Shown here piece after piece: positions 28,291 to 63,825 of a stretch of DNA of 64,000 bases. This stretch comes from Octopus vulgaris (Eukaryota): positions 137,144,001 to 137,208,000 of the forward strand of contig OX597817.1 of assembly GCA_951406725.2 (NCBI GenBank). The letters are read 5' to 3'. The translations under genes were made by a program, and so were the position numbers. The notes below the pieces were generated by a model that ran no database searches, had not been told where the DNA came from, and saw only the letters and a program-made list of their open reading frames with translations. Each line of letters starts with the position of its first letter. Position 1 is the stretch's first letter.

Positions 28291-28501
28291 TGTGCCCGTG
28301 TTTGGTACGTAAACACACCACCATCGCTTGACAACTGATGGTGGTGTGTTTACGTCCCCGTAACGTGGCGGTTCGGCAAAAAAGACTGATAGAACAGGTA
28401 CTAGGCTTACAAAGAATAAATCCTGGGGTTGATTTGCTCGACTAAAAGCGATGCTCCGGCATGGCCGCAATCAAATGACTGAAACAAGTAAAAGAGTAAA
28501 A

Positions 28502-28503
<2 letters not shown>
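28060..28503 (+). mobile_element. SINE family B
   Basis: ggcgcaggagtggctgtgtggtaagtagcttgc head, CORE-like segment, tail gactgaaacaagtaaaagag. Confidence 0.85.
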
Positions 28504-28550
<47 letters not shown>

Positions 28551-28552
<2 letters not shown>

Positions 28553-28941
28553 ACTAAAAATAAGGGTGTCTGAGAGACACCACCATGCCGAAATAGCAGT
28601 CAAATCCCTTACTGTATGTATGTATGTATGTATGTATGTATATATATATATATATGTATGTATGGACGATCGTATATGTAAGTATAACGTTTGTTCTGTA
28701 TATATATATATTTGTATTTATGTGCCCATCTGATATATTCAACTGATGAAGGCAACGCTTATTTGAAGCAAAGCTAAAAAATCCAGAATCTTGAATTATT
28801 CAGTATTATTTTTTGCTAGTCTATTTTGTCCCTCTGTCTTATCTCGTGGTGCGATATGAACATTTAAGGTAGTTCTTAGAGTCAGGGATTTGACTGCTAT
28901 TTCGGCATGGTGGTGTCTCTCAGATACCTTTATTTTTAGTG
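28551..28941. mobile_element. Fold-back element with ~58 bp arms and a degenerate hammerhead at 28737-28796
   Basis: Arm actaaaaataagggtgtctgagagacaccaccatgccgaaatagcagtcaaatccct and its reverse complement; attcaa CTGATGA...aaaa aatccagaaTC ttgaat. Confidence 0.65.
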
Positions 28942-29028
28942 GCAAAAAATTATTACCTTTGTATGGTATTTATTCCCATGCTGGCCACTTGATAATACCG
29001 ATATTTAAATATCGATATTATCCTTATT

Positions 29029-29102
<74 letters not shown>

Positions 29103-29143
29103 AACCACTGAACTCTAAACAGTTTTTCTCTCCGATATTTTCA

Positions 29144-29368
29144 TTCTTTTACTCTTACTCTTTACTCTTTTACTCGTTTACTTGTTTCAGTCATTTGACT
29201 GCGGCCATGCTGGAGCACCGCCTTTAGTCGACCAAATCGACCCCGGGACTTATTCTTTCTTAGCCCAGTACTTATTCTATCCGTCTCTTTTGCCGAACCG
29301 CTAAGTGACGGGGACGTAAACACACCAGTATCGGTTGTCAAGCAATGCTAGGGGGACAAACACACACA

Positions 29369-29433
<65 letters not shown>

Positions 29434-29598
29434 TACGACAGGCTTCTTTCAGTTTCCGTCTACCAAATCCACTCACAAGGCATTGGTCGGCCCGGGGCTA
29501 TAGCAGAAGACACTTGCCCAAGATGCCACGCAGTGGGACTGAACCCGGAACCATGTGGCTGGTTAGCAAGCTACTTACCACACAGCCACTCCTGCGCC
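29144..29598 (-). mobile_element. SINE family B, inverted relative to the 28060 copy
   Basis: Ends cacagccactcctgcgcc; full reverse-complement match to the family. Confidence 0.85.
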
Positions 29599-29709
29599 TA
29601 TTCTCTCCATTTTTCTCCCTTATTCCTTTCCGTCGAAGAGCGTTAAACTAATACACCCGCTTGTTGTTCCTATACCTGTCTTCATCGTTTGTTTTTCAAT
29701 AAATCTGAA

Positions 29710-29750
<41 letters not shown>

Positions 29751-30011
29751 TATATATGTACGTATGTGTGTGTATGTGTGTGTGTGTGTGTGTGTGCGTG
29801 TGTATGTGTGATCGTATGTATGCTTAAAGTCATTTGTGGCATCTTATATTTTATTAATTATTCTTGTTATTCCGCAAAACGTATGTAAAGACCCTTCCAC
29901 CATATTTTAAATATATTACAATATCACGTATTATGCAACGTATGCATTTCTTCAAGTGTGGAGTTAACAAGTAAGATATTAAAAATAAAAGGAAAAGGGA
30001 GAGAAATAAAT

Positions 30012-30062
<51 letters not shown>

Positions 30063-30439
30063 CAGAGAACACAGAGAGGTAATGAGATAGAAGGAAGAGA
30101 AGAAAAAGAGAGAGAACTTTAGGAAATATTGTCTTGTGAAGTGTATATATATATCGATGGATATATAAACTCTACACTGTGTATTGAGTGCTTCTCGTTT
30201 TGTTTGTAAACAATAGCCTTTCGCTTCATATGTTTGTGCGTGTGTGAATGTATATGTATGCGTGTGTATGTAGCTCCGTACACCTGCGTCAGTGTGTGTG
30301 TGTGTGTGTGTTTGTGTGTGTGCCCCCATGTGCAAGTATAAATAGCTGGATTAGATAAATGACAAAAAACGAGAGGAAGAACGAAACTTCTATGAGAAGA
30401 TGAAAAAAGCGCAAAATGGCTCGGTCATATTATCAATGA

Positions 30440-30845
30440 AGGAGATGGAGAGAGAGAGGGAGAGAGAGAGATTGAGAAGGAGACAAAGAATGGGAAAGGG
30501 AGAAAGACACACAGTGAGAGAGAGAAAGAGAGAAAGCATGGGAAAATGAGAGAGAGAAAGAAAGAATGAGAAACTGAGAGAGAGAGAGAGAGAGAAACAA
30601 AGAATGGGAAAATGAAAGAGAGAGAGAGTGAGAAGGAAAGAATGGGAAAATGAGAGAGAGAGAGAAAGAATGGGGAAAAGAGAGAGAAATAAAGAATGGG
30701 AAAATAAGAGAGAGAGTGAGAAAGAAAGAATGGGAAAATGAGAGAGAGAGAGAGAAAGAATGGGAAAAAGAGAGAGAAATAAAGAATGGGAAAATAAGAG
30801 AGAGAGAGAGTGAGAAAGAAAGGATGGGAAAATGGGAGAGAGAAG
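30440..30845. repeat. Purine-rich minisatellite, unit ~aaagaatgggaaaatgagagagag
   Basis: More than ten degenerate tandem units. Confidence 0.85.
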
Positions 30846-31170
30846 TGCACCAACATGAGGTGGGAGAGTGTGAAGTGACAACATCCTGACCTAAAAACCA
30901 ATTCCATTACTGGTGTTCTTTGCATGCAATTGTTCATTGAACTAATTACTACCGTCCTCATTATATAAGCTGGCACCATCCGTGCCAAATGTGACATTTA
31001 ACACAGTTGAAATTGCAGCGACTACATTCTGGTTAGAAGCAGACCAAGTACTTCAGTTACCATATTAAACTTTATTCTGAAGAATTCTGTTATTCTCAAA
31101 ACTTGTGATATTCTTACAACTATAATTCCAGGACGAGATACCACTAAGCAGTGCATTATTGTATAAGCGC

Positions 31171-32052
31171 GTATGTATGTATGTATGTATGTATGTATGT
31201 ATGTATGTATGTATGTATGTATGTATGTATGTATGTATGCATGTGTATGTATGTATGCATCTATGTATGTACGTATGTATGTATGCATATGTATGTATGT
31301 ACGTATGTATGCATGTATGTATGTATGCATGCATGTATGTATGTATGCATGCATGTGTATGTATGTATGTATGTATGTTTGTATGTATGTATGTATGTAT
31401 GCATATGTATGTATGTATGTATGTTTGTATGTATGTATGTATGTATGCATGAATGTATGTATGTATGTATGTATGTATGCATATGTATGTATTTATGTAT
31501 GTATGTATGCATATATATGTATGCATATGTATGTATGTATGCATATGTATGTATGTATGCATGCATGTATTTATGTATGTATGTATGCATGCATGTGCAT
31601 GTATGTATGCATGTGCATGTATGTATGCATGCATCTATGTATGTACGTATGTATGTATGTATGTATGTATGTATGTATGTATGTATGCATGTGTATGTAT
31701 GTATGCATCTATGTATGTACGTATGTATGTATGTATGCATATGTATGTATGTACGTATGTATGTATATATGTATGTATGCATATGTATGTATGTACGTAT
31801 GTATGCATGTATGTATGTATGCATGTATGTATGTATGCATGTGTATGTATGTATGTATGTATGTATGTATGTATGCATCTATGTATGTATGTATGTATGC
31901 ATATGTATGTATGTATGTTTGTATGTATGTATGTGTGTATGTATGCATGTATGTATGCATGTATGTATGCATGCATGTATGTATGTATGTATGTTTGTAT
32001 GTATGTATGTATGTATGTATGTATGTATGTATGTATGTATGCATGTATGTAT
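31171..32052. repeat. Compound (TATG)n/(CATG) microsatellite, ~880 bp
   Basis: Direct reading. Confidence 0.95.
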
Positions 32053-32415
32053 GTTCATGTGTGTGTGCATATGTATGTGTGTTTGTGTGTGTGTACACGC
32101 TCGTAGACATCAATTTCTGTCATTATCTCTGTGTTGCCATCTTTGATACATAACAGTTAACAGTAAGTGTAGGGCAGGGTGAAAACAATACAACAAAGTT
32201 GTCTTTTAAAGATTTGAGGTGAGAAAATCTTAAATGCAAAAACAGCAACCATTTGTTAATGCTTGGTTTATTATAACGTATTCTTTGGCAATTCTGGGGG
32301 TTTCGGAGTCAAGAATGATTGTCCTCCAGAATTTATAGCTGTGGACATACATACATACATACATACATACATACATACATACATACATACATACATACAT
32401 ACATACATACATACA

Positions 32416-32685
32416 CTCTGTTGTTGATATTAAAATTCCAATGAAGGAGCCTTTGATCTAGGATAGAAACCGGCTCTTTCTCTATTGGCAAGAAATCTTG
32501 AAATAAAACTGGAAAACGACATATACATACATACTTACATAAATACATGCATACATACATGCGTACATACATACCCTGTTGTTGATATTGAAACTCCAAT
32601 GAAGGAGCCTTGGATCTAGGTTAGAAACCGGCCCTTTCTCTATTAGCAAGAGATATTGAAATAAAACTGAATAATGACATACATA
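32416..32685 (+). mobile_element. Two tandem ~105 bp LINE 3' tails embedded in (CATA)n
   Basis: ctgttgttgatatt...ccaatgaaggagcc...gaaataaaactg...gacata; third copy at 52873-52978. Confidence 0.7.
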
Positions 32686-32689
32686 CGTA

Positions 32690-34152
32690 AAGCCAGAATA
32701 ACAAAAAGTGTCCTGAGATTATGAAACTGACAGATGTCTGCATTTAACAAGACCATGTCTCACAATGCTTTTGCAGTGTCAGTGCTACTACCGACATATG
32801 CGATATTAGACTGTGGTCTTGGCCATCAGTCTGGACATCAAAACTAGAGAGATAATACCCACCACTGGTAACTTTCGCATTAACAGCGACCGATAGGGTT
32901 TATATAAGACGAAGTGATGGTGGTAGAAGCATAAATTCAGTCCAAACAGTCTTTTGAATGTCGTATTGTATCACTCAGGCAACACCTGTTGAAGAGTAAA
33001 CAAAGAAATGAGTACATTCCATGCATAATCAAAAGTGAGCGCAATAACATCTTCAGAGTTGGGGAAAAACTACTGTTTAGGCATTCTGAGAATAGAACTG
33101 TCTCGAGCGACCCAAAGGAGGCTAGACTGGCCTACGTAAACAGAAACTTGGAGGAGAAGCAGACATCATACCAACAAAAAGCATAGATACATATCCCGTA
33201 TGTAACAACAGCATTGACGGGAAGAGTAGCCTCTCCTGGACATGCGATATATACACTCCATCCAACCGCGAGAAGGATACGCCTCCGCTATTCAGGAACA
33301 AGTGATAGCTACTAAATACCTGTTAAACAAGAAAGACCACCGAATGTCAACATGATAGAAAATGTCGGTTCTGCTGCATCAGTGTGGACGGTACCCTTAT
33401 CATCAACAGCTGCCCCAAAATGTCTGCGAGATACTACCTGCTCCCGAAGCATGATACAGTTGCAAAGATTATTTACATTGTTATCCACTGGAAGGATTGC
33501 CCTGATGCATACGTCAAAGGCATGTCAGAATCAGAAAGAATTAATTCCTTTAAAAACAAGGAAATCTGGTGAAGCACTCCAGTAAACAGCAGCAATTCGG
33601 TGCCAGCACAACAGACCTGATATTGTTCAATGGGACATGGAACAAAAATCATGCATTGTTGTAAAGGTCAGCTGCCCAGAGGATGCGAAAGTCCAGGAAA
33701 AAAGAGAACATTTGGTGAATGAATTAATGCGGAACTTTCAGTTCTTGTACACTGACAATAAATTTTCATTTGTATCTGTCACCATAGATGCATTAGATTA
33801 TGTACCTACAGATTAACAACAAAAAAATAATAAAAGAGAAAAAACTAGAAAAACTAGGTTTTTCGAAGTAAAAGCGAAACAGAAGCTGACGTGCATTCTC
33901 CAAATCCAATCTGTTATCGACACTGTGAAGATTTTTAGACTTTCTGAAAATTCTCGATCTGAGATTCTTTAGACGAATAGATGCACACATTTGGGTGTGT
34001 GTGCATCTACCTCTCAACCAACACACCGACTCAACCCCATACAACCACCGGGATCAGTCTTAACTCAAAAAGTCTTGTCGCTTTGTTAGTGATTGGCTTC
34101 AACTCTCCTGAGAAGAACATAAATAAAACCCAAAGAAAGAAAATACATACAT
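32690..34152 (+). mobile_element. Degenerate R4-like LINE 3' portion (thumb, CCHC, REL)
   Basis: DRVYIRRSDGGRSI, CRFCCISVDGTLIINSCPKMSARYYLLPKHDTVAK, RPDIVQWD, VKVSCP; bounded by catacata. Confidence 0.75.
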
Positions 34153-34230
34153 AAATACACACACAAAAATCAAAGCACACACGCACACACACATAGATAG
34201 ATATATAGATAGACAGACAGACAGACAGAC

Positions 34231-34292
<62 letters not shown>

Positions 34293-34480
34293 CAAGATAG
34301 ATAGATAGATGGATAGATATAGATTGATAGATAGACAGGCAGACAGATAGCTAGCTAGCTAGCTAGCTAGATATATAGATAGATAGATGCCAACTATCTC
34401 TACCTGTGTGTATTGATATATCCCAGAGTATGGTTGCTTTCTCATTTTCTGAGATCTTTTCTGGGATATGCCAATATTTC

Positions 34481-34770
34481 TTTACATTATTATTTACATT
34501 ATTTACATTTGACTGATATTTGTCCTCATCTTGCTTGTTGTTAACACGTTTCGGCTGATATACCCTCCAGCCTTTACCAGGTGCCTTGGGGAAATTTCGA
34601 ACCTGCGTTCTCATTCCTAAGGTATTTTTCGATATTATTATTATTATTATCATTATTATTATTATTATTCAGGTTGCTGCCTGGAATCGAACTCGGAATC
34701 TTGGGGTTAGTAGCCCGCGCTCTTAACCATTACGCCATATCCGTCAAATGTAAATAATGTAAACAATGTA
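34481..34770 (-). mobile_element. tRNA-headed element with hammerhead-like Penelope-type tail
   Basis: Minus strand: A box TGGCGTAATGG, B box GAGTTCGATTCC, (TAA)n, then CTGGTAA aggctg-loop-cagcc GAAA cgt. Inverted tail copy atatccgtcaaatgtaaataatgtaaa at the head end. Confidence 0.65.
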
Positions 34771-35145
34771 TTGTGATATTGTTATTCTTAATTAGTTTTC
34801 CTCTTTTCAAGGTTACTCTTGTACATTTTTCTAGCCCAAATTTCATATTTATATATCTGGTAAACCCATACACTGTCTATAGCGAAGATTCCAGTTGTCT
34901 ATCATTTGCAGCAAACGGTTTGTGTTTCATATATACAAGAGATGGTTGGTGGTTTTATCGTAGCAGTTGTATTCACACCCAGTTCTGTTTAACATAGCAG
35001 TTAAAGACAGTCAGACAATGAATGCTGAGAGTGTGTATCCTTGGAATATTCCTCTTCTAGTGAGGATGGATTTAGTTTCTATAATCCCCTTATTGTCCGT
35101 AGCTGTACATCTTTTTGCCATTTATTCATGACATGTTTTATATAT

Positions 35146-35521
35146 TTTATGACCCCAGCCTTAGCGAAGGCGGAGGTATTATTTTCAGTCGTGTTTGTTT
35201 GCTTGCTTGTCCGTGGACAAGATATCTTAAGAACCGCTAGATGCATTCGGATGAAACTTTCAAAAATATTTGGCCTCGTGACCGGCACAAACTGATTAGA
35301 TTTTGGGATCGATCTGGTACCGGATAAGGATTCTGGATTATTTCTCCTGTTTGTTTCACTTAATTTTTGAAAGCGGTCGGGTTCATTTTTAATATTCTCG
35401 TTTGTGAAAACAGTTGAGTTTATTTCAGATATTCTCATTTAAAAAAATTATCTCTGGCTAATCGTTGAGAGGACGTTGGTTTTATCTTGGCGGAGGTTTG
35501 CGCTTTCTGGGTGCTCTTGTT
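35146..35521 (+). mobile_element. Helentron-associated non-autonomous element (HINE/DINE-1-like)
   Basis: ggcggaggt near both ends, internal gtttgtttgcttgcttgtcc, 3' gcgctttctgggtgc hairpin then ttgtt; interrupts the LINE remnant. Confidence 0.6.
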
Positions 35522-35948
35522 ATTGTTGTTATTATTATTGTTATTGTTGTTTCCAGGATCCATGTGTGGGGAATACTGTCAAAAGATTTCTAGTAATCTA
35601 GTCAAGCTATTCTTTAACCCTTGTTTTTCTTTCGGCAGTTATAGCTTTATTGATCAATAACTGATCTTTACAGTCATACGATTCTTTGCAGCATCTCTCC
35701 TTCTTTTCTGGAAGCAGGTTGTTTTCATCTAGATGTCTGCCCATTCGCTGCGATGTTATTGTAGTTAAGGCCTTATACGTTGAAGGGAGACAGGTTACAG
35801 GTCTGTAGTTTTTACAGCCTTGTAGTTTTCACAGATTTTGAGAATTAGAATGGTTTTTTCCTTCTGTGAACCAACCAGGTGTTGCCTCTGGTCCCGTCAG
35901 CATCTCACTGAACTTCTCTGCCATTATTATTATTATTATTATTATTAA

Positions 35949-36031
<83 letters not shown>

Positions 36032-36050
36032 TATTATTATTATTATTATT

Positions 36051-36586
36051 GAGTGAGAGAGCAGTTCATGCCATCAAAGTGACACTGGGGTAAAATATAC
36101 GAAGCCCAATATACCCATCATGACTACCCGTCTGATAAAGGTACACCAGGCACATGCATCACAACCATATGTGCGCGACATGGTAATCTCATATCAAGAT
36201 AAACAGCACATGACCTTGCAGGTGGGGCCCAGTTAGAATTTTTTCAGGTTGAGTAGCCCATCCTGCTCAAAAGGTCCCTGAATAAGGTTGCTTTAGGATG
36301 TTGAACGAAACACCTATGTTTCCAGAGGTGAATTATTCAAACTCCAAAGAATCCCTCTCAACACATGGCCATGATGCTCCCCCACTACTTCTGCTCGTGA
36401 TCAGAGATGCACATATTGTCAGCCACTAAGGGACATGCTCAACTGGTTAAGGTCAAACAACTGACAAGCAAATTTGTGGTATTGAGCAGAATATTTGCTG
36501 TAGCCCATCTTTTATACCAAGACAAAACAATGTACATGATAACACTTCCAATCAGTTAAGATCAGAAGCCATGAGAGCCACTGCCT

Positions 36587-36587
<1 letters not shown>
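36051..36587 (-). mobile_element. TAA-targeted ~535 bp repeat copy
   Basis: Match to 8482-9017, (TTA)n on both sides, about 90 bp upstream of the first GAT exon. Confidence 0.85.
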
Positions 36588-36640
<53 letters not shown>

Positions 36641-36678
36641 CCAGTCTAATTTTAAAAAATATCTATTATTTTTTCCAG

Positions 36679-58226
<21,548 letters not shown>

Positions 58227-58701
58227 GGCTCGCTTCGATTGGCCAACAAAACTTAAGTGACCTCACCACCGACTGGCCGTGCCATATATAGGATCTGCTG
58301 CTTTATTGCCTAACAAGACATATCGTCATTAATCCTCAATCTTGTTTTAAATGATGAAGGCGAATGGTTCAATTAATCAGCAGTCATTGAAAACAAAAAC
58401 AAACAAACAAAATTATGGATATCTTCACAAAAAAAAAAGAAAAAGAAATTTCAAAAGCAACAAAAGAAATATATATTTAACTTTAGAAAAAAAAATTGCA
58501 GAATCTCAGTGCTAGGTTTGTTTTCCCATTTAAGAAATGTCATTAGAGATCCTTCAAAGTTAACTTGAAAAATTAAACACAAACATTACTTGAAGAGAAA
58601 TGCGGAAAAAAGTTTGATTTCTAAAAATATATTTGTATGTATATAATTCTTGAACGTAAACTTACACTCATACGCGTGTATTTATGAATAAATATGCATA
58701 T

Positions 58702-58770
<69 letters not shown>

Positions 58771-58900
58771 AGTATATATATATGTATATATATATATGTA
58801 GATGCATACAAATATATATATGACATAATCTATATCAATATGCGTATGCACATACATATGTATATATATATATATTCATATATATACATATATACATAGT

Positions 58901-58931
<31 letters not shown>

Positions 58932-59141
58932 GTGTGTGTGTGTCTGTGTGTGCGTGTATATGTGCATATATATGTACATGCACATATAGATGTATGTACG
59001 TATAATGTGTTTAAATATGACCATATATATATACACAAATATATATAAAAATATACGTGCGTATATACCTTGATATTTGCGTGTATATACACACATACGT
59101 GTTTATATATAAATATGCATATGTACATATATATATATATA

Positions 59142-59216
<75 letters not shown>

Positions 59217-61142
59217 ATATATATATATGTACAAAATACAAGTCTATATGTATATTCTTTGTGAATATATATACACATGTGTTTATATATATGACTATAT
59301 ATGTATACATATATACATACATATATACATATATATGTATATAATGAGGTAGAAGTTTTTAACATATGCTCAAATATGCAAAAGAACTCAGTACTTGTAG
59401 TAAAGTTAATGATTTATGCTGTTTTTTATTAAAGCTGAGAAAGACTTTGAAGTGTCATCTAAATCAGGTTTACCAAAATGTATTGAAAGGAATGTGTTCT
59501 TACGCTTATAAAACATAGATGAATTGTTGAAACCAAATAATTGATGAAGAAGGAATTTGATAGATTTGGATAAAAGGTGCGTATTCGTGATGAGTAAAAG
59601 TGACAAGAAGTATTGTTCAAATATAAAAAAAGAGTTAAATAATGCAAGGTACGTTGTGGATGAGTGTATATACGTTTTGGAGTGTCTGTGTGTGTGTGTG
59701 CCTGTGTGTATATGTGGTTACTGGCTATGAGGTGGGTTAGAATGTTGTTGATAATATGAGTTATTTTAATGGTTAATATTGAGTAAAATATTCAATCCAT
59801 GCTAGTTTATTAATAAAACATAACCTTGTTGCTAACTAGATTATAATTGTCTGTATTTGTTTTTACAATTATAAAGTTATTTTAGCCATACACAAATACG
59901 ATACATGTCAAAAATTATATATTGGGGCATAAAATTGGTTCTGTGTATAAACCGTAAGAAATTGTGCATTAGATTTAATCGTCACACATAAATATTAATT
60001 GTAGTGTAAAGGGAGAGGACTGTCTTACAATTTGTATAATTACATAGTAACTAGAAATAATAAAAAAATTCAAATGTTAGTTTTAAAGGCGTGAAGATTT
60101 AGTTATTCGGTTGTCAAATCTGAATTTGAGAATTAGCCATTAATCCTTGTTATTTCTTTTACCTTACAATTTACCTGTTAATGGCTAAAATTTGATGTCA
60201 ATCCAAACAAAATTTTGAAGATGGACGGTTTCTGTTGGTTTAGATTGAGTAGATGTTTTAAAAAGTTTTGAATTGAGTGCGTTCGAAATTATAAGTTGTA
60301 CAGTAAAAAATGTCGACATTTTGCTGGTTGAATAATTTGTGAGATTAGTTTATTAAAAGGAAAGAATTTTTATAAGATTTTTTTAAATGTTATCTAGCGA
60401 AGTAGTTACCTGTAAATTTAAAGGCGGATTATACTAATTAATAAGTCTTTTCTGATGCTTCATTGTTGTTATTCTTGTATTTTGGATATATTTCACTCTA
60501 TAATGGTATCCAGTATTATTGTGCGTTTCATCGTAAGGGTTTTATCTAAGCATCAAATCCATATTACTTTGATGAAAGGGAAAAAAGTTAAAGGACATGT
60601 TCACAAAGATGTTCCTCAGTGAATGTATTGCAGTTTTCACTATATTTCATAAAAATTTTCTATATTCATTGAAATATTAATAAAGTTAACGGTGTTCAAT
60701 TAGACCACAGCAGTAAAATTTTGAAGACGTTATGAAGATTCTTTCTGAATCTATATGTAGATAAATTAGTACTACTAAAACGTCTTCTCTATAGAGACCA
60801 CCTGAAACAGAGGATAATACTTTACGAAAGCCTGTAAGAGTATATAGCTCCACACTATTTTATGCACACTCATACACACACGCATACATATGTATATATA
60901 ATGCACACACACACACATATGTATGTATGTATATAAATATATATATATATATACTTTTGTGCTTTTTAGCACTAAATGTTTACACCCGATGCTCTCCCAA
61001 GATGAATACCAGTATATATTCAGACATGTATGTATGTATGTATGTATGTATGTATGTATGTATGTATGTATGTATGTATGTATGTATGTATGTATGTATG
61101 TTTGCATGCATGTATGTATGTATGTATGTATGCATGCATGTA

Positions 61143-61700
61143 CAGGACGAGGCAGAGAGGACGGACGTTTTTGAAAACCTTACAAAATCATTAATTTTAG
61201 CTGCAAACAAATTTTATTGACAACAATGAGTTCGTATTGAATTTAGCAGTTGTCAAAGTTAAGTGTGGAAGGCAACATCCATCATGGTGTCCGTTTTCAT
61301 TGATGCATTTCTGAACGACTTCTTGGAAGTTGAACTCCACTCTCTCAAGCATTGCTCTGCGCTTAGCCCCATCGTGTGAACTGTTGCTAATGACCAATTT
61401 GTACGGGTGGAAATGCAGGTCTTCATGCAAAATATACCTTACGGATTGATTACCGATGCCAAGTTCAGTAGAATTCCTCCGAGCAGAGCGATTCGGACTC
61501 TGCATCAAAGCTTGTCTGACACGTAATTGTCGTAGGCAAGCATGCGATGCTCTATCGTCCACAGCGCCATGGCTTCACTTGAGAAGAAAATAAAATGGTA
61601 AGACACCATGGGCCGAATGCTACCTGTCGGACATATGTCCCTCTCCTTGGGGCTGAGTAATAGCCATTTCAAAAATGTCCGTCCTCTTTGCACCACCCTG
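61143..61700 (-). mobile_element. Internally deleted Tc1/mariner-superfamily element in (TATG)n
   Basis: ~33 bp imperfect TIRs cagg....gca.agaggacggac.tttttgaa, TA flanks; remnants MALWTIEHR, SPNRSARR...ILHEDLHFHPYKL and CINENGHH. Confidence 0.8.
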
Positions 61701-62399
61701 TATGTATGTATGTATGTATGTATGTATGTATGTATGTATGTATGTATGTATGTATGTATGTATGTATGTATGTATGTATGCATGCATGTATGTATGTATG
61801 TATGTATGTATGTATCTATGTATGTATGTATGCATGCATGTATATATGTATATGGTGGGGGCGTGTTCTACTTTCCTTTGAAACTGTTTATACATGAATT
61901 TTTCTTTCATCCCACTTGCGTATAACTCTGATACAAGATTATGTATTTTGTTATATTCTTCGATTTTCATTCACTCTATTATATCGCTTGTAATTATATT
62001 CCGTTCCATTAAGATATTTCCATAACTTTGTATCTAGGTAAATCTCTACCGTCGAAAGACCGGCTCCATGTTTTAGCTACAGCGAACACATGTGATATTT
62101 TCGTATAGGATGAACACCAACCAGGATGACAGTAAGAAAGTCAACAACAACAATAATAGTATTACTAATAATACAGTCATAGACATAGATTAGAATAATA
62201 TTTTGGACGTATGTATGCATGCGTGCATCTATGTATGTATTACTGTATGTGTGTGTATGTGTGTGTGCGTGTAAATGTATTTGCATATAATGCTATATAC
62301 ATCTATAGATGTAATTCTTGGACGCATGGTCAGTGTTATATCCTGGAGTAGCTAGATATTTCGAGTGTTACAACATATATACATACATACATGCAATAA

Positions 62400-62525
<126 letters not shown>

Positions 62526-62602
62526 CATACATGCATATATAAATGTATTATGCAAATAGAGGAATTTATCTGTAAAATAATATGACAATTATTTGGTTGC
62601 CA

Positions 62603-62665
62603 TAATAAAACTCCGAGTTTCGGATGTCGGGGCGGGAATCTGCTCCGGCATCTCGTCAGTTATTA
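62603..62665 (-). ncRNA. Type I hammerhead ribozyme motif
   Basis: taataa CTGACGA gatgccggagc-loop-gccccgacatcc GAAA ctcggag TT ttatta; 6 bp stem I, GUU site; the flank matches the repeat at 5955-6010. Confidence 0.75.
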
Positions 62666-63530
62666 AGACAAAACATACCATTTTTATATATATAAATGTA
62701 CAGAAAAACAAAGGACGAAGACAGGTGTATGAACAACTAGCAGGTGATGCACATGCCCAAAACCTACTGTTTACCAATGCTGGTGATGTAGAGTCCATGG
62801 CTTATTTGAACTAAATTCTTCTCATGATTTGAGCTTCAGTGATAATCAAGTGAAAACCCCAGCCCGATTATTGGAGTGCTGCGACACTCGAGTGGCAACA
62901 GAATGATTCAATTTAGTCTACATACACAATACAGTCAAATATGACCGATCTCACGACATTAAGATGTTAATAAAACTGGTTATAATGCGAACAGACAGAA
63001 ATGGTCACAACTCCGTAACATAACTTTATACAGAAAAATAATCGTCCTTGTAAAGACAAACGATACAGGTGAAAATAGTTGTTGCATTACTGTTTTACAA
63101 TAGTAATACAACAAATGATGACTAGGCTTTTAACATTATACAGCAATATCCACATTGTTATACACACTTGAACACAATAAACACCAGAATACTATATGTC
63201 TATATACTGTATATACCTTAATATTGTACATAGACGAAAACTGTAAAAATATCGGTATTGTAGAATCTGATTTTTTATGCTAAATTTGTAACGATAAATA
63301 TCATATTACAGAAGAAAACGCACGAGAAATGATGGAGAAATTATGCCGATGATGATGAAGATGATGAGAAAGATGAGAAATATGTATATGGTAAAATAGC
63401 CTAGCTCAGTCCTTTCAATGTTAGCAACTTGTATCTGGTAGTTGGCGGCTGGTAATCTTTATTCTGTATATGTTGTTTGCCCTTATGCGCGTAACACACA
63501 GGTACTTATCATGGGTTTCTATGGGTGCGC

Positions 63531-63580
<50 letters not shown>

Positions 63581-63741
63581 GTGCGTATATGTTTGGGTGA
63601 TTTATTAAAATAATAAATCTAACAAAATGACGTTTGTGGCACTTAACATTTCCTAAAACATTCATCTCACTCCCTATAAAATTTGAACTCTTTATTTGAA
63701 GTGACCTTACCCTGTTTCTCTGAACAAATAATCTAGGATCG

Positions 63742-63825
<84 letters not shown>

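Larger units (their letters stand above)
34395..35920 (-). mobile_element. Fragmented Dong-like LINE remnant with nested insertions
   Basis: 34395-34470 (PEKISENEKATILWDISIHT), 34770-35140 and 35555-35920 match RT parts of 9254-13345. Confidence 0.75.

Noticed and set aside
30440-30845. Regularly spaced aaagaatgggaaa units resembling a CRISPR array
   Set aside because: Spacers are (GA)n rather than unique sequence, the context is eukaryotic and there are no cas genes.
31022-32153. Long ORFs up to 331 aa (MYVC/HTYI repeats)
   Set aside because: Translations of a stop-free (TATG)n microsatellite. The same applies to the YIYI, poly-N, poly-I, poly-L and HTHT ORFs throughout.
32440-32480. CCAATGA...GAAACCGGCTC as a hammerhead
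   Set aside because: The core deviates at U4 and G5 in all three copies and stem I is unconvincing; better explained as a LINE 3' UTR.
34680-34740. tRNA gene
   Set aside because: No proper acceptor stem; it is the head of a repeat. The same applies to SINE B and C heads.
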